64,000 nt of DNA from assembly GCA_963835065.1 (NCBI GenBank), contig CAWIEK010000049.1:512001-576000 (forward strand). Direction: 5' to 3'. Position 1 is the stretch's first letter. The number at the start of each line of letters is the position of its first letter. Positions 52,101 to 60,678 of the stretch are shown in pieces. The position numbers and the translations under genes were made by a program. This DNA is from an uncultured Chthonomonadaceae bacterium (lineage in GTDB: Bacteria > Armatimonadota > Chthonomonadetes > Chthonomonadales > Chthonomonadaceae). The notes beneath the pieces are model-generated. The model had not been told where the DNA came from, searched no databases, and saw nothing but the letters and a program-made list of their open reading frames with translations.

Positions 52101-53221
52101 ATGGGAGCGCTCCCCTGCTGTTCGAGACGGCTTTTGCCGCCGCGTTTGCCCTGTTCGCGCTGGAAGCGGATCGAACCCGCAGAGCCATTCCGGTGGTGTT
52201 TGGCCTGCTGATTGTGGCGCTTGCCGCGCTTGCGAACCGCGCGTTTGCGCCGGATGGCGTCACGCTTACGCTTGCCGCGTATGGGATCGCGTATGCGCTG
52301 CTGGCATTGCGCTGCCGCGAAGCCGTATTTGTGGCTGCCGCTTCCTGTACACTTTCCGCCGCTTATGTGCATCATCTGCTGTCGCTGACCGCATGGTATG
52401 CTTCATGGTACGCGCCTTCGCATGTTCCCGCGCCCGCGCTGTCGTGGCCCCGTTTCGCGTTTGATATGGCGCAGGCTTCGCTGCTCTGGCTGCTGATCGG
52501 CTGGCAATTACGCAAACGGCTGAATTGTCCCGACCTGGCGCTGCCGCTCCTTCCGCTCGCGGGCAGTCTGGCGCTGGCAAGCGGGATTATCGCCCTGCTG
52601 AACGTGCAGATGCCGAGGGAGGGAATGTGGTCTATTCTGACACTGGGAGCAGCGGGCGTGGCCTGGTTCGGGCTGTGGGCGATGGAACAGGGCGATATTT
52701 GCCTGCACGTCGCCACCTGGAACCTGCTCCTCGCGTGGGGCCTTGTTGTTTACGATCATATGGGAGCGGACGCGGCGTTTCTGGACGTGTACTTGCTGCC
52801 TGTTGGCCTCTACCTGGTTATCATCGGGTATCTGCAAAGCGGGCGTCAGCGGCGTGAGCAGGCGCAATCGCTGTGGACAGGAGGGCTGCTGCTGACGATT
52901 ACGCCCGCCTTTCTCGCGTTTTGGAACCATGCCGGAGATATTCACACGCTGCTATTTATCGGCGAGTGTCTGGTGTCCGCGCTGTGGGGCATCTGGCAGC
53001 GTATCCGGGCTTTTGTTCTTGTCGGCATGGGCTACATTGCCTTGTATGCCGCTGCTGTCATTTCCGGGCATTTGCCCGACGTGTGGGGAACCCTCGTTAC
53101 GCTTATCGTTGGCGTTATCCTGTTCATCGCGGGTTTTTACATTCTCACGCACCGCGCCGTGATGCAGCGGTGGGCTGCGGTTGTTGAAAGGCAATGGGAA
53201 GCGTGGAAGGCATGGCGCTGA
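49130..53221 (+). CDS. Giant polytopic membrane protein with N-terminal zinc ribbon
   Basis: CSHC...CGQC, Pro/Ala linker, many TM helices; AGGAG SD. Confidence 0.8.
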   Translation: MESRPPAGAPFPTIRQWKSCSHCGAPNPPWASGCGQCRQPFPDAREAAAEEAAHIEYLLQQLPGWRQHGLLSESAHQRLRSDYLHLQKEFGDYLLQQQTGMSDAAKPGVASSVTPAASAALPVASAAVNPALQSAAQGTPVFWPMDLPGILPGQPAAAAPGLSVTAAPIGSMPHTPPFTSAPAPSIAPPHPPAGQGLRRFFQKHALQVLFALATVLVLAALRTMLGWTWIGDLAMRLLPVVPLGLTAMFWTFGQKTRTENPWAAFAYHGLAAALCAFDVIAVNKYWLPTPLPAKPAFMLASLAAVGVSGALLRSWREIAYLHLFQTAAVTMLFAIAQMLRLNVPPGDFRLTPLWLFGAAYLSYAAFCLWMARRSEETTPDNSADTKSAAHTTQGSEHSDAPAPQNAPSFGQNAPPVEQNAPPAVSIPAPALPIPGFAQGAGGASWRLAWIFWAHFSVVGVMFLAAVNIALEHPGPNDFAVLSLLAGLIYVSGAQLLQDARMVRVSCVFLMASGLFWLGSHHPARMWEGASAFLLLLSALALVFARYNRQRANGHGTGEHLAQAYLTVGMWNVGVASILSCLYALLAFEEVGQQNYHVYGVRGCVLTLACGMFYFIFARWEAKPALLYAAFVTWAVGLTSLLSAFSASRGMYPLALTLYGVGLALLARRQSRRAEEVRADGLDWATPQRNSGIGMATAGALLAVGLPFQDTLGASWLWTVATLTLALLLYTDEARTSGAAVYAYAALSCAACISALLTWRVLVPQPFRPADCLAVFTLAASATSLVLARRGSAANGGITSNSENVSDAKNLSDAAERLEHSKRVEHEERVRIHSKVMWRECVTHAALVAALICLGDGVYAFCAALETRHYAVSLLPCLVSSLLLCGGRYAGNRNANDALRRSALACAGIAAAAEAGLLCHAWQGAGSGWQPTALRAWGISLVALGWAWKLAARLARNWNEQEWWRHELTLAALTTAFLGLLPLTLGAEQPPHGSAPLLFETAFAAAFALFALEADRTRRAIPVVFGLLIVALAALANRAFAPDGVTLTLAAYGIAYALLALRCREAVFVAAASCTLSAAYVHHLLSLTAWYASWYAPSHVPAPALSWPRFAFDMAQASLLWLLIGWQLRKRLNCPDLALPLLPLAGSLALASGIIALLNVQMPREGMWSILTLGAAGVAWFGLWAMEQGDICLHVATWNLLLAWGLVVYDHMGADAAFLDVYLLPVGLYLVIIGYLQSGRQRREQAQSLWTGGLLLTITPAFLAFWNHAGDIHTLLFIGECLVSALWGIWQRIRAFVLVGMGYIALYAAAVISGHLPDVWGTLVTLIVGVILFIAGFYILTHRAVMQRWAAVVERQWEAWKAWR

Positions 53222-53399
53222 CCAAGTAGTTGATAGTTTGTAGTTGATAGTTGATAGAGATGCTGGAACTACGAACTTGCAGCGCCTCGCCGTTTGGGAG
53301 CAGAGGAAGGCCGGCAGTCGCTCTATTGCCGGAACAAACCTGCCTCGGAAACGTCAGGACTGCAGCGAGAAAACTACGCCCCTGGAGATATGCCTGTTT

Positions 53400-54356
53400 A
53401 TGAACATGAAAATGAACACCCGCGTACACTACACCTTAAAAACTTTAGGGGAGGCGGAAACCACCCTGCCGTTTTCTCGTCCTACCGGCTTTTTCCTATG
53501 GTTTCTCAGCATGCTCCTGCTCCAGTGCCTTGCCACTCCTCCGGCTGTTGCTCAGGCGCGTCTGCCCAAGCCCGACCATGTGATTGTCGTGATTGAGGAA
53601 AACAAAGGGTATTCGCAGATCATAGGTTCCGCAGCCGCTCCCTATCTGAATGTTCTTGCCCAACAGGGCGCGTCGTTCTCCAACTTTCTGTCCTTCCACC
53701 ATCCCAGCCAGCCCAACTACCTTGAGATTTTTTCGGGTTCCAATCAGGGCGTGTGGAATGATACCTGCCCTGCCAGCCGCCTGCAAGTTCCCAGTCTCGG
53801 CGGCGCGCTGATCAAGGCGGGCTTGACTTTTCGCGGGTATGCGGAAGACCTGCCGAGTGTGGGCGCAGCCGACATCTTCTTTCCCAAAATCAACCCCTCC
53901 TATGCTCGCAAGCATTGTCCCTGGGTTGACTTTGCGGATGTAGCCCCGCAGTTCAGCCAGCCGCTGACCGCTTTTCCCGCGCGCTACGAGACCCTTCCCA
54001 CCCTCGCTTTTGTGATCCCTAATCTGTGGGACGATATGCACAATGGCCGCGATCCGCAGCGCATCACTCAGGCCGACACCTGGCTGCAAAAGCATCTCAG
54101 CGGGTATGTCGAGTGGGCCAAAACTCACAACAGCCTGCTCATTGTCACCTGGGATGAGGACAACCATTTGCGCTACAGCCTTGCGCGCAACCACATCCCG
54201 ACCATCATGGTAGGCCCGATGGTTCAACCGGGCGTTTACAAGCAGGCGTACAATCATCACGACTTGCTGCGAACTCTGGAGGCGATGTATGGCCTGCCGC
54301 TGCTCGGCGCAAGCAAGCAGGCGCAGGTAATCACCGAGATTTGGAAAACGCATTGA
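53400..54356 (+). CDS. Secreted acid phosphatase/phosphoesterase family protein; start uncertain
   Basis: DHVIVVIEEN, HPSQPNY, YARKHCPW, DMHN, IVTWDED, YNHHDLLRT. Confidence 0.85.
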   Translation: MNMKMNTRVHYTLKTLGEAETTLPFSRPTGFFLWFLSMLLLQCLATPPAVAQARLPKPDHVIVVIEENKGYSQIIGSAAAPYLNVLAQQGASFSNFLSFHHPSQPNYLEIFSGSNQGVWNDTCPASRLQVPSLGGALIKAGLTFRGYAEDLPSVGAADIFFPKINPSYARKHCPWVDFADVAPQFSQPLTAFPARYETLPTLAFVIPNLWDDMHNGRDPQRITQADTWLQKHLSGYVEWAKTHNSLLIVTWDEDNHLRYSLARNHIPTIMVGPMVQPGVYKQAYNHHDLLRTLEAMYGLPLLGASKQAQVITEIWKTH

Positions 54357-54390
54357 GACTGCTGCGAGTACGAGAGAATGGAGCGGATGA

Positions 54391-54705
54391 ATGGGATTTG
54401 ATCAATACCACGAGCCACCGGGCGAACTGCCGGAAGAAACGCGCACCTTTGCGCGGATGATGCTTTCGATGATCGAAGAAGCGCAGGCGATTGACTGGTA
54501 CGAGCAGCGCCTTGCGGTGGAAAAAGACGCGCAGGCCAAAGCCATCATGCGCAACGCGCAGCAGGAAGAGTTCAAGCACTTCGGCATGGACTTGGAATTT
54601 CTGTTGCGCAAGAAACCCAAGTGGCGCGCGATCCTTCAGGACATTTTGTTCAAAGAAGGCGATATTGTCCAGCACGGCGAAGAGGCCGAAGAAGCGGCGG
54701 GTTAG
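54391..54705 (+). CDS. Half-ferritin (EncFtn-like) protein
   Basis: YHEP, EEAQAIDWYEQR, EEFKH, LEFLLR. Confidence 0.8.
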   Translation: MGFDQYHEPPGELPEETRTFARMMLSMIEEAQAIDWYEQRLAVEKDAQAKAIMRNAQQEEFKHFGMDLEFLLRKKPKWRAILQDILFKEGDIVQHGEEAEEAAG

Positions 54706-54719
54706 GAGGACGCAGGGAT

Positions 54720-55502
54720 TTGGCACAGCCCCAGACTCATGCGGACGCGACTTGGCATCCCGTTTATATCGGCACGGCTGGATGGTCGCTGCCAAAGGAG
54801 TATGCCGCCCACTTCCCCGAAGCCGGTACGCATCTCGCGCGTTACGCCCAAAGTTTCAACGGAGTGGAAATCAACTCGTCCTTTTACAAGCCGCATCGTT
54901 TCGCCACGTATGCGCGCTGGTCGGCGTCCGTGCCCGCAGGCTTTCGTTTTGCAGTCAAGGTTCCGAAAGAGATTACGCATCAGCTGAAACTTGTAGACGC
55001 GATCCCGCCGCTTGAGCGCTTTCTCGCAGAAATATCCGGCCTGGGAATCAGTCTCGGTCCTCTGCTCGTCCAACTGCCGCCGAGCCTGGCCTTTGACATG
55101 CCGGTTGCCCAAGCGTTCATTGCCTGTTTGCGGGCGCGTTTCACGGGCAATATTGTCTGTGAGCCTCGCCATGCCGGTTGGTTTGGCGGGGAAGCCGAGC
55201 GCGTTCTGACGGATTTCCAGATCGCTCGCGTCGCCGCCGATCCCGCGCCTGTGCCGGAAGCCGCGTATCCGGGTGGGTGGCAAGGACTTGCGTATTATCG
55301 CCTGCACGGTTCGCCGCGCATGTACTATTCGGCCTATTCCGACGACGCTCTGAGAACGCTGGCGCAGAACCTGCGCGCAAGGCTGCAATCGGCGTCCGCC
55401 TGGTGCATCTTCGACAATACCGCGTTGGGCGCCGCTACGGGAGATGCGCTCCACACGGCAAAGCGGCTGCAACAGCAAAATGAGGACGAGACGAAAAGAT
55501 GA
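54720..55502 (+). CDS. DUF72 family protein
   Basis: IGTAGW, VEINSSFY, FAVKVP, QLPPS, CEPRH, YRLHG, IFDN. Confidence 0.88.
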   Translation: MAQPQTHADATWHPVYIGTAGWSLPKEYAAHFPEAGTHLARYAQSFNGVEINSSFYKPHRFATYARWSASVPAGFRFAVKVPKEITHQLKLVDAIPPLERFLAEISGLGISLGPLLVQLPPSLAFDMPVAQAFIACLRARFTGNIVCEPRHAGWFGGEAERVLTDFQIARVAADPAPVPEAAYPGGWQGLAYYRLHGSPRMYYSAYSDDALRTLAQNLRARLQSASAWCIFDNTALGAATGDALHTAKRLQQQNEDETKR

Positions 55503-56554
55503 ACATTGGAATTATTGGGGCGGGCGGGATTGCGCAAAAGATGCACCTGCCGCAGCTTGCAGCATTGGCGCAAACGGAAGACGTTCGCGTGACGCATCTG
55601 GCGGGGCGCAAGGAACACCGCCTGCGCCTGCTTGCCGAACGCTATGGTGTGCCGCACTGGACAACCGATTACACCGAATTGCTCAACGCGCCTGATATAG
55701 ACGGCATTATCGTCGCGCTGCCGCATCCGATGCACGTTCGCGTTGGCCTGGAAGTGTTGCGCGCGGGCAAGCATCTGTACATGCAAAAACCATTGTGCGC
55801 CGATATGGACGAGGCGGACGCTTTTGTCGCCGCTGTGGAGAAAACGGATCGCATCGTGTACTGCCTGCCGCATTTCGGCGCGGAAGTTTACGCTTGCCGC
55901 CATCTGGCGCGTGAGGGCGCGATTGGCAGACTGTCCGGCGCGCATTGCCGCGTCAGTCACGGCGGGCCGGAAGTGTACTATGCGGAAATCCGCGACAACT
56001 TTGGCGAAGCCGATGAGGGTTTATGGTTTTTTCAGCCGGGCGAGGCGGCGGTGGGCGCGCTGTTCGACATGGGCGTGTACGCTGTCGCCGCCCTTGTCGC
56101 CACGCTTGGCAGCGTCACAAGCGTTATGGGCCAAACCGCCACGCTGGATAAGCCGACAACGCTGGAAGATACCGCCACCCTCCTGCTGCAATTCGCTAAT
56201 GGCGCGCTTGGCACGGCAGAAACCGGCTGGTGCGACCCCGCCCGCACGTGGCTGCTGCGCATAAATGGCACACGTGGCAAGCTGGTAACGCCCGGACACG
56301 AGGGCGCGCGCCTGACCCGCTGGGAACCCGGCAGCTACACCCGCGAAGACGAACCTGCCCAACCGCATGATGTAGATGTTGCGAGCTATGAGCGCGGCAA
56401 TTCCCACGCAGAATGGCTGCGCTGCATCCGCGAAAACCGACCGCCCGAACTCAGCCACGCCCGCGCCGCCCGCCACGTCACCGAAATCCTGCTGGCCGGC
56501 CTGGAATCCGCCCGGATGGGACGACGGATAGACCTGCAAACCACCGCAGAGTAG
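55499..56554 (+). CDS. Gfo/Idh/MocA oxidoreductase
   Basis: IGIIGAGGIA, GKHLYMQKP, GALFDMGVY. Confidence 0.88.
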   Translation: MNIGIIGAGGIAQKMHLPQLAALAQTEDVRVTHLAGRKEHRLRLLAERYGVPHWTTDYTELLNAPDIDGIIVALPHPMHVRVGLEVLRAGKHLYMQKPLCADMDEADAFVAAVEKTDRIVYCLPHFGAEVYACRHLAREGAIGRLSGAHCRVSHGGPEVYYAEIRDNFGEADEGLWFFQPGEAAVGALFDMGVYAVAALVATLGSVTSVMGQTATLDKPTTLEDTATLLLQFANGALGTAETGWCDPARTWLLRINGTRGKLVTPGHEGARLTRWEPGSYTREDEPAQPHDVDVASYERGNSHAEWLRCIRENRPPELSHARAARHVTEILLAGLESARMGRRIDLQTTAE

Positions 56555-56817
56555 AAAAGAAGAAAAGAAGAGAAGAAGAGAAGATTAGGAACCGCGAAAC
56601 ACACGAACCATACGAAAAAAGACGAAAAGAACATGAAACCGCAGAGGCCATCACTTGTTCGGAACAAGCAGGCTTCCTTTCGTCTGTTCGTAATCCTGTT
56701 TAATCCTTCTAATCCTGTTAATCCTGTCTATTTTCTTTTTTGTCCTCTTTTCGTTTGGTTCGTGTGTTTCGCGGTTCCCAATCTTCTCTTCTTCTCTTCT
56801 CTTCATTCTTTTCTTTC
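56555..56817. repeat. ~260-bp compound palindrome
   Basis: GAAGAGA arrays plus GGAACCGCGAAACACACGAACCA and their reverse complement; inner AATCCTGTT array. Confidence 0.85.
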
Positions 56818-57015
56818 AAAAATCAGGAAGGTATCTCCCGCGTTCATGTCCAATTAGAGGGTAAAGTTGCTATCGTACCTTTCAGTACCCCTTTCGCTGC
56901 TGTTGTTGGGCGTTTGGACTTGGTTGAAGTTTTCGTTGTAGGTTCCTGATTTTTCGATTTGCGCGGCTGGTGACGCGCGCATCACGCGCTGACGCGGGAA
57001 AGGCAGAAAACAGCC

Positions 57016-58354
57016 ATGAACTGCAAGACTTGTGGGATGGACAGCAAGACGGCGGGAACATGCAGTTGGTGCGGGGCGTCATTGGTGTCGCCGGAAGACG
57101 CACCCGCTGTTGTAAAACCGGAACGGGCGCGGCCTGTTGTCCGGGAAGAATTAGAAGAACTGGACGCGCCGGAAACGGAAGTCGAGATCGGCACGGTTCC
57201 CTCCCTGCATAGCCTGCGGACGGAACCCAGGCCGGGAGATTCCCCGGCCCCTGTCTCACCCTCTTCGTCCGCGCCTCCGGCCTCTGCCCCGCATGTGACC
57301 GTCACATCAGCGCGTAAAATGGCTCCGCCGGTTCCGCCTCCCGGCAAGCTGCGCGCTCCCGCGCCTGCCGTGCCCCCGCCTTCCTCGCGCTCGGCTTCTT
57401 CACCTTCCTCCGCAACCGGCAAATTGCCGCCGCTCAGTTCGGTGTCGGAGGCCCACGCCCCTGCCGCGTCTGTCCGTGCCCCGATAGCCTCCCTTCAGGA
57501 GCAGGCCGACGCCCTTGTCACTCCTTCCGGCGCGAAAAACGAGGTTTCTGCTGATGCGCTCTCCCCAACAACGACAACAGCGGCAACAACAGCGACGACA
57601 ACAGCTGATGCCGTCACCAATGACGCCCCTCGCGGCAACGCTGACCGCAGCCCCTGCCGCGTCCGTCCAGCCCCTCACTTCCACCGCGCCGCTCCTTAGT
57701 GCAAGCGCGGCTTCGAGCGGGGTGGATACGGCTATTGGTACGGGCGTGACGCCGGTCAAACCGACCACGCCATCTGCGCCCGGTAAGCCACCAATAACGG
57801 AGCAGCAGAAACGCGCCGCCGTAAATGCCGCGCTTGCCGAGTCCACCTACTCCCTGACCGAACTGCTGGGCCGCTATCTGGGCGTGTTTACCGTGATTGT
57901 CATTGCGACAGGTTTACTGGCGCATCTGCAGCCGCGCTTTTACCTGGTTCCGATGCTGATTGCCATGTTCGTTTCGGCAATGCTGCTGCCCATTATGCGG
58001 GTCACGCCCTGGGTGGAAGAAGACGGCGAGGATGTGGCCCTGTTCATCGGCCTGACGCTGCTGTTCGGGCCACTGGTCGCCTTTATTATCTACGGCGTGA
58101 TTGCAGTAGTGCGCCAATCGTTTAATGCGTCGGTGATGGGCGGGTTGGCGGTCGTCGCCCTGCTGCGCATCGTGGCGGAAGTGAGCGCGGGCAATGTGGG
58201 CAGCATAAGCCAATTGTTCACCATGACCTCGCCCTTCGCCAGTTTGCAGCACGTAGACAGCGGCATCCTCAAATTGCTGTTCCGCAACTGGTCGGGACTT
58301 GCCGCCCTCGCCGGCTGGTACGCGGCCAGTTCGTTCCATAAGGAAGACGAGTAA
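57016..58354 (+). CDS. Zinc-ribbon, Pro-rich linker and C-terminal membrane domain; frameshift near 57600
   Basis: CKTC...CSWC start; TM domain in ORF 57515-58354. Confidence 0.6.
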
Positions 58355-58363
58355 AGGAAACTT

Positions 58364-59248
58364 ATGTACCTTTCTATACGCGATGAGATTGTGTTTGCCG
58401 CCGGGTATGACACCTTGGCGGAGGGACTGCGCGACCTGAACATTCGGGGCGTGGAGTTGTGGGTCAAGCGCGACGATACGGTTCCTGCTATTGCGCCGTC
58501 CCGTGACCCGGAAGGCCGCGCCCGCCTGCATTTGACTTCAGCAACGGACATAGACGAACTGTACGGGCAGGCGCGGGCGGAAGCGGTTCATATTGCCGCG
58601 CTGTGCCTGGGAACCAACTTCAACGCGCCCGACAAAGCCGGGGAAATCGCATGGGCGATACGCGCTGTTCACGCGGCGCAGGCGTTGGGAGCGCCCGCCG
58701 TACGGATTGATGCGGTGATGAGCGGCGAAAAGGATTTGCCATTAGCACAGAGGCAGCAGCTTGTGGCCGAAGCGGTAGAACAAATTTTGGCGGCAACCGC
58801 GCACACGGGCGTTGATCTTGGAATCGAAAATCACGGCTTTCAGGGCAACGATCCCGATTTTATCGAAGGCTTGCTTTCCCGCGTCAACTCTCCCCGACTC
58901 GGCCTGACGCTGGATTCGGGCAACTTCTACTGGCGCGGTTGGCCGCTGTCGAGAGTGTATGAAATTTTTGAGCAGTTCGCGCACCGCGTCAAGCACACAC
59001 ACATCAAAAACATCGCGTACCCGCCCGAACTGCGCGAAACCCAGCGCGAAATGGGCTATGAATACGGCAAATACGTTTCGCCCATCCATGAAGGCGACAT
59101 TGACCACGCCCGCTACATCCAAATCCTGCATACGGCGGGTTATGACCGCGACATCTGCCTGGAAGACGAATCCTTCGGCAAATACACGCTCGAACAGCGC
59201 CAGGCCAACCTGCGCGCCGCCGCCGACTTCTTCCGCCCCTTGCTGTAA
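58364..59248 (+). CDS. Sugar phosphate isomerase/epimerase (xylose-isomerase-like TIM barrel)
   Basis: GIENHG, LDSGN, HTHIKN, EGDID, CLEDE. Confidence 0.85.
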   Translation: MYLSIRDEIVFAAGYDTLAEGLRDLNIRGVELWVKRDDTVPAIAPSRDPEGRARLHLTSATDIDELYGQARAEAVHIAALCLGTNFNAPDKAGEIAWAIRAVHAAQALGAPAVRIDAVMSGEKDLPLAQRQQLVAEAVEQILAATAHTGVDLGIENHGFQGNDPDFIEGLLSRVNSPRLGLTLDSGNFYWRGWPLSRVYEIFEQFAHRVKHTHIKNIAYPPELRETQREMGYEYGKYVSPIHEGDIDHARYIQILHTAGYDRDICLEDESFGKYTLEQRQANLRAAADFFRPLL

Positions 59249-59284
59249 CAGGCCCTCACCGCAACCCGTTCAAATAAGAGTCCG

Positions 59285-59466
59285 TAGGGGCGCAATAAAT
59301 TGCGCCCTCTGCCGCGCCTGCGCCCTCTGCCACACTTGCTCTCTGAACAGACATCTTGCGGGCGTGATGCGGTAGGTTGCGGGCGTGATGCGGTAGGTTG
59401 GGGCGTGATGCGGTAGGTTGCGGGCGTGATGCGGTAGGTTGCGGGCGTGATGAATCACGCCCCTAC
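59285..59466. repeat. REP doublet with internal 21-bp tandem array
   Basis: GTAGGGGCGCAATAAATTGCGCCC...GGGCGTGATGAATCACGCCCCTAC; (GCGGGCGTGATGCGGTAGGTT) about 4 copies. Confidence 0.85.
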
Positions 59467-59507
59467 AAACCTTATTTGAATGGTATTGATTTTAGCTGCC
59501 AACTCGT

Positions 59508-60566
59508 TTATCTTATGGCGGCAAAGGCGGACTGCGCGGCGGCGTAAACTGTTTTGGCGGGAACATTATGCGCGCGGGCCGCGGCTTTCACATCTTCGTA
59601 TTCCGGGGAGGCGGTAGTGTCCTTGCCCTGCCAGTGGCCGATTTTGACGCGGATTGCGCCATACGGCGTTTCTACGCTTTCCCACCGTCGTTCCAGGGTG
59701 AAACGCTGCATGGTGGTATAACGGATGCCGAACGTGCTGGTTTCCGCAAACAGAACCGCCGCCAGTTCGTCGCGCTTGTCCTCCGCTCCCAAGATGGTCA
59801 GCAGAATCGCCGGACGGTTCTTTTTCATTTGGATATCCGTCAAAAACACATCCACCGCCCCCGCCGCAAACAGCCGCTCCATGACAATTTCATACAACTC
59901 CGGCGAAAAATCGTCCAGATTGGTTTCCAGAACCGCGACAGTTGATAGTTGATAGTTGATAGTTGATAGCGCATCCTCTTCTTCCGTCTTCCGTCTTCCG
60001 TCTTCCGTCTTCTCTTCTTCTGTTCCCTGTTCCCTGTTCCCTGTTCCCTCGCTTTTCCCTTTTCCCTTTTCCCTTTTCCCTTCCTCCGGCGTATGATCCA
60101 CCGGCTCGTCGCGCAGCAGGGCGAGGGCGTGGGGCAGGAGGGGCAGGAGGGTTTCCAGACCGTCGCGCACACCGCCGGGGCTGCCGGGCAGGTTGACGAT
60201 CAGGGTTTGCTGCCGAATGACTGCCATGCCCCGCGACAGCGCGGCGCGAGGGAATTTCTGGTAGCCGGTCCAGCGCAGCAGTTCCGCGAGGCCAGGCGCG
60301 TCGCGCTCCATTACAGCGCGGGTCGCTTCCGGCGTAATATCGCGGGGCGCGAAGCCCGTGCCGCCCGTCGTCATAATCAAATCGCAGCCCAGATTGCACC
60401 ACTGCCGCAACCTATCGGCAATAGTTTCCAAATCGTCCGGCACAACCCCGCGCTGAACAATCTCAAAGCCATTCGCGTGTAACCCATCGGCAAGCGCTAC
60501 CCCGGAAACATCTTCCCGCTCCCCCCGCGAACACCCATCACTAACCGTCAGAACTCCCGCTTTCAA
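59508..60566 (-). CDS. MogA/MoaB domain fused to a LarC C-terminal-like domain
   Basis: LTVSD, TTGGTGFAPRDITPEAT, NLPGSP; then LETNLDD, MKKNRP, ETSTFGIR, TPYGAIRVK, PEYED. Confidence 0.8.
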   Translation of the reverse strand: MKAGVLTVSDGCSRGEREDVSGVALADGLHANGFEIVQRGVVPDDLETIADRLRQWCNLGCDLIMTTGGTGFAPRDITPEATRAVMERDAPGLAELLRWTGYQKFPRAALSRGMAVIRQQTLIVNLPGSPGGVRDGLETLLPLLPHALALLRDEPVDHTPEEGKREKGKGKSEGTGNREQGTEEEKTEDGRRKTEEEDALSTINYQLSTVAVLETNLDDFSPELYEIVMERLFAAGAVDVFLTDIQMKKNRPAILLTILGAEDKRDELAAVLFAETSTFGIRYTTMQRFTLERRWESVETPYGAIRVKIGHWQGKDTTASPEYEDVKAAARAHNVPAKTVYAAAQSAFAAIR

Positions 60567-60593
60567 TTATTATTCTCCCGCTTAAAGAAGAAA

Positions 60594-60663
60594 GTGATGA
60601 GTGATGAGTGATGAGTGATGAATTAGCATCCCATTCATTACTCATCATTCATCACTCATCACT
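60594..60663. repeat. Heptamer inverted-repeat element (AGTGATG versus CATCACT)
   Basis: Same family as 709-797 and 40676-40737. Confidence 0.85.
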
Positions 60664-60678
60664 TTCTTTCCCCAACCC

